A DNA stretch of 64,000 nucleotides from Clostridia bacterium (GCA_017454525.1 JAFTCT010000081.1:3036-67035), one strand, 5' to 3'; positions 19,729-28,345 are shown, counted from the first letter of the stretch. The notes: a model not told the origin generated them from the sequence alone. Numbers and translations are program-made.

Positions 19729-20136
19729 ATGGTTAAACTGATCGTCGGACTCAAGGGAACCGGGAAAACTAAGGCTTTGATCGAGCTTGCGAACACAACG
19801 GTGGAAACGTCGAACGGCACGGTCGTCGTGCTCGAAAAGGGCACGAAGCTCATGCACGAGATCAAGTATCGCGCAAGATTGATCAATACCGACGAATACG
19901 CGATCAGCGGCGCGGAATCGCTCTACGGATTCGTTTGCGGGATCCTTGCCAGCGATCACGACGCAAAGGACGTCTTCATCGACCACGCCCTGAAGATCTG
20001 TGGGAACGACGAAAAGGATCTGGCGACCTTCGTCACAAAGATCGCAAAGGTTGCGGAGCAGCAGGAGGTCAGGATCTTCATGACCGGCTCCGTTATGCGC
20101 GAAAACCTTCCCGAAGAACTGATCGAATACGTCTGA
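19729..20136 (+). CDS. Stand-alone minimal P-loop NTPase-like protein (135 aa)
   Basis: Walker A-like GLKGTGKT at residues 7-14 and Walker B-like DVFIDHA. Strong RBS GGTGGAGG. Has its own promoter and terminator. Confidence 0.6.
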   Translation: MVKLIVGLKGTGKTKALIELANTTVETSNGTVVVLEKGTKLMHEIKYRARLINTDEYAISGAESLYGFVCGILASDHDAKDVFIDHALKICGNDEKDLATFVTKIAKVAEQQEVRIFMTGSVMRENLPEELIEYV

Positions 20137-20151
20137 CGCGGCTTGACGGTC

Positions 20152-20192
20152 GCGCGCCCTTCGCACAATACGGCGAAGGGCGCGCTCTTTTT
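20152..20192 (+). terminator. Rho-independent terminator
   Basis: 13-bp GC-rich stem gcgcgcccttcgc / gcgaagggcgcgc followed by TCTTTTT. Confidence 0.85.
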
Positions 20193-20277
20193 ATGGACGG
20201 AATCGCGTTTTTTGCATAAGATGATAACGAAGCGTCTTACGGCGCTGCGATGATCTTATTTCGAAGGGAAAACACTC

Positions 20278-21135
20278 ATGATAGAGAACAGCAGAAGCGG
20301 CTGCTTCGCCGGTAAAGGGGCGCGCAGAGACAACGTCTGCGTCGACTCGATGCAGATCCTTGACAGCTGCAGAGATAAGGATTACTTCGAGGACGTCCGC
20401 GTATTTCTCACCGATTTCGGACAGGACATCATAGAAAAAACAGGGAATATCAAAGTCAAAGATGCGAATATCATGTGCGTGAACGTGCAGGCGGATCCGG
20501 TGCGCTTCAACTGCGGATTCTATCAGATCGTTCTGCGCACCTATACGCGCCTTATGTGCGAGGCGTGCCTCTGCCCCGGCAAGCCGCAGGAGTTCGAGGG
20601 CGTCGCCGTGACCGAAAAAAAGGTCGTTCTGTACGGAGGCGACGGATGCGTCAAGGTGTTCAGAACAACGCCCGCGGAGGACGGCTTCTGCTCCGTTCCC
20701 TGCAGCAATCACGAGGAGGGGAACAACAAGCCCACGGTGGTCGTAGAAACGCTCGATCCCGTACCGTTATCGGTGAAGGTCAAGGAGCGCTGCCGCTGCA
20801 ATTGCTGCGGATGCGGCTGCGTGGAGGAGGTCCCGCAGACGGTCTGCGACCGGCTGGGCGGCTGCCTTGTGGATCATCAGGGCCTTGAGAAGGTCTTAAC
20901 GGTTTCGCTCGGATTCTTCTCTGTCGTGCGCATCGAACGTCCCGGACAGTTCATTCTTCAGGCGGAGGACTACTGCGTGCCCGACAAGATCTGCAAGCCC
21001 TCCGACGAGGAGGATCCCTCTTCTACGTTCGCGAAGATGGCGTTCCCCACGGCGCAGTTCTGCCCGGCGTCGGGCGGGAGCCGTTCCGGCACGGGGGACT
21101 GCGGATGCGGCTGCGGAAACGGCTGCGGAAAATAG
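20278..21135 (+). CDS. Cysteine-rich protein without signal peptide (possible spore-coat or metal-binding protein)
   Basis: 285 aa with 26 Cys by my count, including the clusters RCRCNCCGCGC and DCGCGCGNGCGK at the C-terminus. No hydrophobic leader. RBS GAAGGGAA. Confidence 0.6.
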   Translation: MIENSRSGCFAGKGARRDNVCVDSMQILDSCRDKDYFEDVRVFLTDFGQDIIEKTGNIKVKDANIMCVNVQADPVRFNCGFYQIVLRTYTRLMCEACLCPGKPQEFEGVAVTEKKVVLYGGDGCVKVFRTTPAEDGFCSVPCSNHEEGNNKPTVVVETLDPVPLSVKVKERCRCNCCGCGCVEEVPQTVCDRLGGCLVDHQGLEKVLTVSLGFFSVVRIERPGQFILQAEDYCVPDKICKPSDEEDPSSTFAKMAFPTAQFCPASGGSRSGTGDCGCGCGNGCGK

Positions 21136-21236
21136 AGCGTAAAGATAAATCGGCAGACGGCTGCTTTGAAGTCGGGAACGACCCGGCGGAAAGGCAGCCT
21201 TTTTCCGTTCTTTTCACTGTAACCGGAAAAAATATC

Positions 21237-21265
21237 TTGTATATCCGCCTGAAAAGTGCTATAAT
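21237..21265 (+). promoter_or_regulatory. Sigma-A type promoter with extended -10 (TTGTAT-17-TGcTATAAT)
   Basis: Hexamers at 21237-21242 and 21260-21265 with TG at -15/-14. Confidence 0.6.
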
Positions 21266-21328
21266 AAACCGTAAGATCCGATTCTTGAAAAGAACGGGAC
21301 AAATCAATCGCCAGCGAAAGGGAAAACG

Positions 21329-23023
21329 GTGTTCGTCAAACGAAGTTTTACATTTATATTGTGTATTCTGCTGACCGCGATCGCCGTTTTAGCCGGCTGC
21401 ACCGCCACCGTACGGGATGCGGCGCCGTCGGCGGAGGAATGCGCGCATTCGTACGGAGAGTGGCAGACGGTGACCGAAGCCGACTGTCTGGGAGAAGGCA
21501 GACGTATGCGCGTCTGCACGCTCTGCCGGCAGGCGGAGGAGGAGCGGATCCCCGCCGCGGGGCACCGGATCGCCGTTTTGGAACAAACGCCGCCCGACTG
21601 TGTGAACGGCGGAAGGACCGGGGGCGAATACTGCATGGTCTGCGGCAGGGTTCTGAAAGAACAGACCGTCCTGCCGGCGCGCGGTCACGGACCTTTTGAA
21701 GTCCGCGGCGCGGTGAAGGAAACCGAGACTGAAAACGGATATACGGGCGATACGTACTGTCTTACGTGCGGTATGCCCGTCATGACCGGGCAAACGGTTC
21801 CGGCGACGGGACACAGAAACCCCGTGCTGGTCGGCACTGTTGATGCGTCCTGTGAGGAAGAAGGATATTCGGGAGACTGGTACTGCCCCGAATGTGACGC
21901 GATCGTGGCGTACGGCGCCAAACTGCCGCCCCGGGGGCACACCTACACGGAGGTCATGAAGACCGCGCCGGACTGTGCGCACGGAGGGTATACGCTCGAG
22001 CGCTGTCAGTCCTGCGGGAGCGAGAGAAAGACCGGCTTTCTCGATCCCGTCGGTCACGCGCCGGACGACGGCGGCCGCTGTGTTTACTGCGGGACCGTTC
22101 TGTATGACCGTTCGGGGGATTTCGGCTCTCGCTTTTTCGACCGGTTCCTTAACGCCGGAAGTGCGGCGGTCACGCTGGAGGGGGACGCCGGGATCCGCGA
22201 TTACGCGCGTGCGGAGGGTCTGCCGCTTGCCGATAAGGAAGGGGCAAGGTATCAGTCGCTCTACCGCAGTCACGATCTTTTAGTGCTCTTATACGCCTAT
22301 TACGGGTATTCGGGTCTGTATCTCACGAAGTATTACGTCTTTGACGTTTACGTCAGAAATTTGAAGAACCTGTACACCGTCAACGCCGACCGGGCGAAAC
22401 AGATGTCGGCGCTGATAAGGGACGGGGAGGAGGCGTTTGGCGGAACGGTCGTCGCCGCGATCAACGGCGATTATTGCTCCAACAGCGAGGTCTGCCGCGT
22501 ATGTCTGCGCAACGCCCGCGTTCTGCGCGCGCCGAAGGACGTCTTCTGCGACGTCGGCGTGCTGTACGGGGACGGAACGCTCCATACGTATACGCCCCGC
22601 GCGTTCGATTACGAAGAGGCGCTCGCGAAAGGCGCGTATCAGATCTGGAATTTCGGTCCCGGACTGCTTGACGCCGACGGGAACGTGCGCATGATCCACA
22701 ACGAGAACGCCTACTCGCGCGGAATCCTCTACGAGAATCACCCGCGCACCGCGTTCGGCTGCATTGAGCCGGGACACTACTGTTTCGTCGTCGCGGACGG
22801 TAGGCAGGAGGATGAAAACGGCGTGATGCTCCACGGCTGTACGCTCAGATCGCTTGCGGCGCAGATGAAGACGCTTGGCTGCGTCAGCGCCTATAATATG
22901 GACGGCGGAGACAGCAGTCAGGCGTATATGAACGGCGCTTTTGTGCGCATAGACAGAACAAGAGATCCGCAGAGAGTGCTTTCCGACGTTCTTTGCGTCG
23001 GAGAGACCGAAGCGCAAAACTGA
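21329..23023 (+). CDS. Lipoprotein: Cys/His 'PAxGH' repeats + phosphodiester glycosidase (DUF2233-like) domain
   Basis: Lipobox LLTAIAVLAGC. Five and a half repeats of the pattern C-x2-G...C-x2-C-G...PAxGH (aa 38-255). The C-terminal domain ends with AYNMDGGDSSQ, typical of the phosphodiester glycosidase family. GTG start. Confidence 0.7.
   Translation: MFVKRSFTFILCILLTAIAVLAGCTATVRDAAPSAEECAHSYGEWQTVTEADCLGEGRRMRVCTLCRQAEEERIPAAGHRIAVLEQTPPDCVNGGRTGGEYCMVCGRVLKEQTVLPARGHGPFEVRGAVKETETENGYTGDTYCLTCGMPVMTGQTVPATGHRNPVLVGTVDASCEEEGYSGDWYCPECDAIVAYGAKLPPRGHTYTEVMKTAPDCAHGGYTLERCQSCGSERKTGFLDPVGHAPDDGGRCVYCGTVLYDRSGDFGSRFFDRFLNAGSAAVTLEGDAGIRDYARAEGLPLADKEGARYQSLYRSHDLLVLLYAYYGYSGLYLTKYYVFDVYVRNLKNLYTVNADRAKQMSALIRDGEEAFGGTVVAAINGDYCSNSEVCRVCLRNARVLRAPKDVFCDVGVLYGDGTLHTYTPRAFDYEEALAKGAYQIWNFGPGLLDADGNVRMIHNENAYSRGILYENHPRTAFGCIEPGHYCFVVADGRQEDENGVMLHGCTLRSLAAQMKTLGCVSAYNMDGGDSSQAYMNGAFVRIDRTRDPQRVLSDVLCVGETEAQN
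21440..22093 (+). repeat. Protein-level tandem repeat array (about 40 aa, His/Cys3 'PAxGH' module), 5 full + 1 partial copy
   Basis: The units end IPAAGH, LPARGH, VPATGH, LPPRGH and DPVGH. Each has a C...C-x2-C core. Confidence 0.7.
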
Positions 23024-23066
23024 CCCCGCACGGGCGGAAGAATACGATTTCCGGAGGTTAAACGGT

Positions 23067-26000
23067 ATGAAAAGAATTGCGTTCACGGCGTTGTCGGTCC
23101 TAATCGTCCTCGCGTTCCTGTCGGGGACGGTCACCGTGTACTCTTATGCCGACGCGTCGGGCAGCGGCTGGAAACTGGAGGGGGGCGTGCTGACCGTCAC
23201 CTCTTCCTCCGTCATGGGAAACGCGTCTTCCGCCGCCGAAGACTATCCCTGGCACGCATATCGCAGCGAGATCACCGCCGTCGTCGTCGGCAGCGGCGTC
23301 AAAACGGTCGGCAGGTATGCTTTTGACAGCTGCAAGAATCTGAAGTCCGTCACCTTCGGCGAGAATACCGATACGTTTTACAACGACTGTATCGCGCGCA
23401 GCAGCGCGCTGAAGACGGTGACCTTCCTCTGTCCCGCGGTCTACATCGGGCAGGGTATCGTCTATCTGTCCGGCAATATCGAAAAGGTGACGCTCACCGG
23501 TCAGACAAAAGAGGAATTCAAGGCGCTGGCAACGAAGTGCGCATACAATTTCGAGAGTTACGGCGGCATCAGGACGGGGTTCGATACGGCGCAGTTCGTC
23601 GTGGTCATCCCCTATACTTATACGATCATCGACGGCGTGTTGAGGATCTCGGGCGACGGCGTTGACGTCGGCGACGGGAGCAGTACCGCCGACGGATATA
23701 AATGGGCGGGCAAAACATCCGGCGTGACGAAGGTCGTCATCGAAGAAGGTGTTTGCTCGATCGGCGCGCACGCGTTCGACGGTATGCCGGCGCTTGCCGA
23801 GATCCGCGTCGCCGCGAGCGTGACGGCGATCGGAGACTACGCGTTCGCGAACGCGCCGGCGCTTGAAAGGATCTGGTTCGCGGGAACGGTGTCCTCCTAC
23901 GGCGAGGGCGTCGCGCTGGGCAGTACGGCGCTGAAAAGCGTTGTGCTCAACGAGCAGCGGTATGCCGAATTCCGTGAGAAACTGCTTGAAAAGCCCTACA
24001 ATCTGCGCCAAAACGGCGGCAGGTTCTCGGGATTCGATCTGACCGGCGTTCTCACCGTCTATACCGAAGGCGTGTGGGGACGGTACGGCGATCTCTCGGC
24101 GTTCGGCGAGGACTGCAAACTCTATGACGTCAACAAGGACGGCGCATGCAATATTCAGGACGTTTCCGTCCTTCTCGATTATCTCGGCTCCGACGGCAAG
24201 TGGGTGGAGTCCTTCTACAATATCAATAAGAAGGGCAGTACGACGATCAACGACGTGACCGCCCTGCTCGATCGGCTCGCTTCGGGCTGCGCCCATACCT
24301 TTGCCTACACGGAGGCGAAAGCGGCGACCTGCACGGAAGACGGAAAGAACGCCTCTTACGAGTGTACGAAATGCGGGGGCGTCCTCAACAGCGCCGCGGT
24401 GATCAAAGCGCCGGGACATACGGTCGTGATCCAAAACGCCGTTGCGGCGACCTGCGGTACGGACGGCTTGACGGAGGGACGCTTCTGCAGCGTCTGCGGC
24501 GAGGTCTTCGCCCGGCAGACCGTCATTCCGGCAACGGGCGCGCACAAATATGAAGACGTCGCAGAACGTCAGCCGACCTGCGGAAAAGACGGCGTCACCG
24601 CCGGCAGGGCATGCGCCGTCTGCGGCAAAGCGGAAAGCGGCTGCGAAGTCCTTCCGGCGACGGGGCTTCACACGGCTGTGACCGATCCCGCCGTTACTTC
24701 CTACTGTATGCGCTCGGGACTGACCGAAGGAAGTCATTGCGCCGTCTGCGGACAGGTCTTGACGGCGCAGGAAACCGTTCCCGCCAAGGGACATTCCTAC
24801 CTTGACGGACGCTGTATCCGGTGCGGAAAAGCCGACTGCGCCCTGATCGGCGGGAAATCCGCGCTCTTTACCGGCGACTCTCTCTGCGCCGCGTCCACCT
24901 TCGACACCGAACACCGCTGGTGGGGCTGGGCGAGACGGATCTCTGAAACGTACGGCCTTTCGCGCTTCGATAAGACGGGTGCAGACGGCGCGTCGGTATC
25001 CGACTGCCGCGGCTCCAACACGATCATCAATCAGATCAACGGCAAAAAGAACAACAGTTACGACTACGTCATTCTCGAAGGCAGCACCAACGACGGCTGG
25101 GACAACGCGCTGGTCGGCAGCGTGACCTCCGGGAGCGCCGCTTCGGCGAAGCCGTCGGATTTCGACCTGACCACCTTCTCCGGAGGACTGGAGAACCTTT
25201 TCTATTACGCGAGAAAGTATTTCCCGACGGCGACTGTCGGCTATATTTTCACGCATAAGATGAACAGCAATACCGGTTCTCTGCGCAATATGAGCGCCTA
25301 TCTTGCGGCGGCGAAGAAGATCTGTCAGAAATGGGACGTCCCGATGCTCAACGTCGACGAAAGCCCGGATTTTGCCGTGAAGTATTTCGCGGGCATTTCG
25401 GCGCTGGTGCCCGACGGTATACATCCCTCGTCCGCCGGCTACGAGCTTCTTTATCCGGCGATCGCCCGCTTTATGGCGGAGATCACGCTGGACGGCAGCT
25501 ACGCGGTCTATACGGCGGAGATTGAAACGGTCAAAGAGGGACCTGCGCCCTATATGCCGATACCCGAGCGCGACGAGGATCCGCAGGGGTGGATCAACTG
25601 GCTGCAGAAGGACCGCGGCGATACCGTCACGATGTTTGAGAGCGGAAGACCTTACGGCGTGAAATACAACGCCGACGGAAAATCGCATCTGGCGTCGCCT
25701 ATTGAATACTGGTCGGGGCATTTCCAGTTCTACTATATCTTCGACGCGGAGGAGATCGATCTGCGCGACGGCATCGGAAAGGCGAGTTACCCCTACGTCT
25801 GGGAGATCTGGTATAAGGACGCCGACGTCGAGGAGGACTACCGTATGATCCGCACGAAGCCCTGGTCGGTCTACGCGCCCTCCTGCATCTACCGCATCGA
25901 AACCTATGACGAGGGCATGAACGATCTTCATCTCGATCCCGGATCGAACGAGAACAAATACGATATCGTGATCGTTATCTGCGACAAATCCGGCGATATC

Positions 26001-26087
26001 GTCGGCTGGCGCGCCGATACGATCAGTTTCACCGATTCGACGGTCCTGTTCATCGAGCAGGCGAAAAACGACGGCGCGATCGGATGA
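23067..26087 (+). CDS. Secreted multidomain protein: BspA-type LRR + dockerin-like + 'PAxGH' Cys repeats + SGNH/GDSL hydrolase + unknown C-terminal domain
   Basis: Signal peptide. LRR_5-like segments (VKTVGRYAFDSCKNLKSVTF; VCSIGAHAFDGMPALAEIRV). EF-hand pair DVNKDGACNIQD / NINKKGSTTIND with helix DVTALLDRL. Four and a half Cys repeats (aa about 408-588). SGNH block I FTGDSL and block V DGIHPSSAG. Confidence 0.75.
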   Translation: MKRIAFTALSVLIVLAFLSGTVTVYSYADASGSGWKLEGGVLTVTSSSVMGNASSAAEDYPWHAYRSEITAVVVGSGVKTVGRYAFDSCKNLKSVTFGENTDTFYNDCIARSSALKTVTFLCPAVYIGQGIVYLSGNIEKVTLTGQTKEEFKALATKCAYNFESYGGIRTGFDTAQFVVVIPYTYTIIDGVLRISGDGVDVGDGSSTADGYKWAGKTSGVTKVVIEEGVCSIGAHAFDGMPALAEIRVAASVTAIGDYAFANAPALERIWFAGTVSSYGEGVALGSTALKSVVLNEQRYAEFREKLLEKPYNLRQNGGRFSGFDLTGVLTVYTEGVWGRYGDLSAFGEDCKLYDVNKDGACNIQDVSVLLDYLGSDGKWVESFYNINKKGSTTINDVTALLDRLASGCAHTFAYTEAKAATCTEDGKNASYECTKCGGVLNSAAVIKAPGHTVVIQNAVAATCGTDGLTEGRFCSVCGEVFARQTVIPATGAHKYEDVAERQPTCGKDGVTAGRACAVCGKAESGCEVLPATGLHTAVTDPAVTSYCMRSGLTEGSHCAVCGQVLTAQETVPAKGHSYLDGRCIRCGKADCALIGGKSALFTGDSLCAASTFDTEHRWWGWARRISETYGLSRFDKTGADGASVSDCRGSNTIINQINGKKNNSYDYVILEGSTNDGWDNALVGSVTSGSAASAKPSDFDLTTFSGGLENLFYYARKYFPTATVGYIFTHKMNSNTGSLRNMSAYLAAAKKICQKWDVPMLNVDESPDFAVKYFAGISALVPDGIHPSSAGYELLYPAIARFMAEITLDGSYAVYTAEIETVKEGPAPYMPIPERDEDPQGWINWLQKDRGDTVTMFESGRPYGVKYNADGKSHLASPIEYWSGHFQFYYIFDAEEIDLRDGIGKASYPYVWEIWYKDADVEEDYRMIRTKPWSVYAPSCIYRIETYDEGMNDLHLDPGSNENKYDIVIVICDKSGDIVGWRADTISFTDSTVLFIEQAKNDGAIG
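24288..24830 (+). repeat. Protein-level tandem repeat array ('PAxGH' His/Cys3 module), 4 full + 1 partial copy
   Basis: The units end KAPGH, PATGAH, PATGLH and PAKGH, then a terminal CIRCGK half-unit. Confidence 0.7.
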
Positions 26088-28246
26088 AATATGAGCGCAG
26101 TTATGCACGGAGGTATGTTTTGAAGGGTAAAAGGATCCTTGTTTCACTTCTTCTGCTGTCGGCGGCGCTGCTGTTGGCGGCGTGCGGACAGTCGGGGCAG
26201 CCGGGCGAAGCACAGACGTCTTCGCCTGCTGAAAAGACCGTTACGGCGGAACTTTCGCCGACTCCGACCGACGGGACGGCAGCGGACGAAACGCCGCAGA
26301 TCACCGTTTCAAACGAAGAAACAGACGGTACAAATACGCCGACCCCCGCCAAGGAACTGCTGTTCGACGATTTCGACGCGCTCGACCGCACCTCTTCCGT
26401 CCTGCTTTCCGACAGTACGGCGTACAATAACGGATTCAGGGAGATCGAGAAGAACGAGCTCGTGTTTTCCGTGGCGTCCTACGACCTGCAGCGGCTTCTG
26501 TGGAACGGGGACGGCGAGAAATACGACGGGCGGCTCATCATCACGCAGAAGGCGTCGAAGCTCTGCGAAGAGCACGTTTTTCCGTCCGTCACGGCGCCGA
26601 TGACCGCTTTCAGCTGGGGCTGCGTCGATTTTGTGCTGAAAAGCGAGGACTATGACTGCGGCTTCTGCCCGACGGCGGGACGCGACTACACCGTCGAACT
26701 TGCCGTCGTGAAGCACGATGCGCCGAACGCCGCCCTCTACGAGGGCGTATACAGCTGCCGCGTCAACGTCCGCGTCAAATTGAGTCCGTATTATGCCCCG
26801 ACCGCCGACGACGGCGTGCAGGTGACGCGCTCCTACGTCGTTTCCTACCGCGCGCAGAAGCACGGAAGGATCGAGGGCGAGGCGGTGCAGCATCTGCTGT
26901 CGGGACAGAAGACCTCCGCCGTCAGGGCGGTCGCCGACGAGGGCTACGCGTTCAAGCGCTGGAGCGACGGCTTGACCGACCCCGTGCGCGGCGGCGACGT
27001 CGCCAGCGGGAGCGCCACCTGGACCGCCATTTTCGAGCGCGCGGATAAGATGCATCTGGCGGAGATCCATATCAATACCGCTTTCGGCGATGCGATCGCG
27101 AACCGCGACTACGAGATCGCGGAAATGAAGATCACCGGAGCGGAAAACGCGGCGTATGATCTCGACACGGACGTGATGATCAAGATCCGCGGCAATTCTT
27201 CCGTGGGCTCCACCTATGACAACGACAACTACAACAGCAAGAACTCCTATTCGGTCAAACTTTTCGAAAAGGAAAAACTGCTGGGGCTCGGCAGCGGAAA
27301 GAGCAAAAAATGGGTGCTGAATTCCAATAAATTCGACCTTTCGGCGCTGCGCAATTATCTCGTCTGGCAGCTTGCGCGCGGAATGGGGACGATCCCCTTC
27401 GTGCCGCAGTGCACGTGGGTGCACCTCTACGTTAACGGCGAATACAGGGGGCTCTATACGCTCTCCGAAAAGGTCAACGCCGAAAAGGGAAGAGTCGAGG
27501 TCGACGATTCGCCGACGGGCGATCCCGACAAGGGCTATCTCGTCGAACTGGATTTCCGCGGACAGTCGGGAGACGACCCGTGGTTCGATATCGACGGGTA
27601 CGGTCCGGACCCGCGCTATAAGCGCTACGACGCGGTCGAATTCGTGATCAAGAGCGATATCGAGGGAGACGCGGATATCGAATTCATCCGCGACTACATC
27701 CAGCGCTGTCATTACGCCATGATGCAGGGAGTGCGTGAGGACATCGGGGAACTGGTCGATCTGCCGTCTCTTGTCGATATGTACATCATTGAGGAACTGA
27801 GCAAGGACTGCGACGCGGGCAGAGCGAGTTTCTACGTCTGCAAGGATAAAGGCGGAAAACTCTTTTTCACGGCGCCCTGGGACTTCGATTTCGGCTTCGG
27901 CACCTACGGTCAGGCGACGACCGTCCCCGGCAGAGTCTCGGAAGGGTACGACTGCTGCACGTGGTTCGCTTCGCTGATCACGAGAACATGGTTCAAGGAT
28001 CTCGTGCACGAGCGCCTGGAGGAACTGCAGCCGGTCCTCGACCGGGTGATGGAGGACCTGACGGAGATAAGCGAACTGATCGGCGACGATATCGACCGCA
28101 ACGCCGAACGCTGGAATCTCTACGGGAGGCATTATCACGATTACGTTTCGAACAGAGTGTCGTTTGACCTGCACGATCTCAGCGAGCATATCGACTATAT
28201 CAAATCCTGGACGAGAGGGCGCTGGCGCTGGCTGTTAGAAAATTGA
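26084..28246 (+). CDS. CotH kinase-family lipoprotein with InlB-B-repeat-like segment
   Basis: Lipobox LLSAALLLAAC. Contains ADEGYAFKRWSDGLTDP (Listeria-Bacteroides-type repeat). CotH-like core: KKWVLNSNKFDLSALRNYLVWQLARGMG, LYVNGEYRGLYTLSEK, APWDFDFGFG. The ATG at 26084 overlaps the upstream stop (ATGA). TTG 26120, after GGAGG, is an alternative start. Confidence 0.8.
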   Translation: MKYERSYARRYVLKGKRILVSLLLLSAALLLAACGQSGQPGEAQTSSPAEKTVTAELSPTPTDGTAADETPQITVSNEETDGTNTPTPAKELLFDDFDALDRTSSVLLSDSTAYNNGFREIEKNELVFSVASYDLQRLLWNGDGEKYDGRLIITQKASKLCEEHVFPSVTAPMTAFSWGCVDFVLKSEDYDCGFCPTAGRDYTVELAVVKHDAPNAALYEGVYSCRVNVRVKLSPYYAPTADDGVQVTRSYVVSYRAQKHGRIEGEAVQHLLSGQKTSAVRAVADEGYAFKRWSDGLTDPVRGGDVASGSATWTAIFERADKMHLAEIHINTAFGDAIANRDYEIAEMKITGAENAAYDLDTDVMIKIRGNSSVGSTYDNDNYNSKNSYSVKLFEKEKLLGLGSGKSKKWVLNSNKFDLSALRNYLVWQLARGMGTIPFVPQCTWVHLYVNGEYRGLYTLSEKVNAEKGRVEVDDSPTGDPDKGYLVELDFRGQSGDDPWFDIDGYGPDPRYKRYDAVEFVIKSDIEGDADIEFIRDYIQRCHYAMMQGVREDIGELVDLPSLVDMYIIEELSKDCDAGRASFYVCKDKGGKLFFTAPWDFDFGFGTYGQATTVPGRVSEGYDCCTWFASLITRTWFKDLVHERLEELQPVLDRVMEDLTEISELIGDDIDRNAERWNLYGRHYHDYVSNRVSFDLHDLSEHIDYIKSWTRGRWRWLLEN

Positions 28247-28277
28247 TCATTATGCGCAATAAAACCGGTTTTTTCTA

Positions 28278-28306
28278 TTGATTTCATATTAAAAGTATGT
28301 TATAAT
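28278..28306 (+). promoter_or_regulatory. Sigma-A type promoter (TTGATT-17-TATAAT)
   Basis: Hexamers at 28278-28283 and 28301-28306 with a 17-nt spacer, in an AT-rich intergenic region. Confidence 0.6.
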
Positions 28307-28345
28307 TGTAAAGAACAGGTTTATCCTGTCAAAATATGAAAGGGC

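Noticed and set aside
19360-20166. 268-aa - strand ORF spanning the pgi 3' end, the promoter and the P-loop gene.
   Set aside because: It crosses an intergenic promoter and two well-supported + strand genes, and its composition is Arg-rich antisense-type.
21105-21374. 89-aa + strand ORF bridging the Cys-rich gene's 3' end and the lipoprotein gene's start.
   Set aside because: It overlaps two better-supported genes and the intervening promoter, and it has no RBS or recognisable features.
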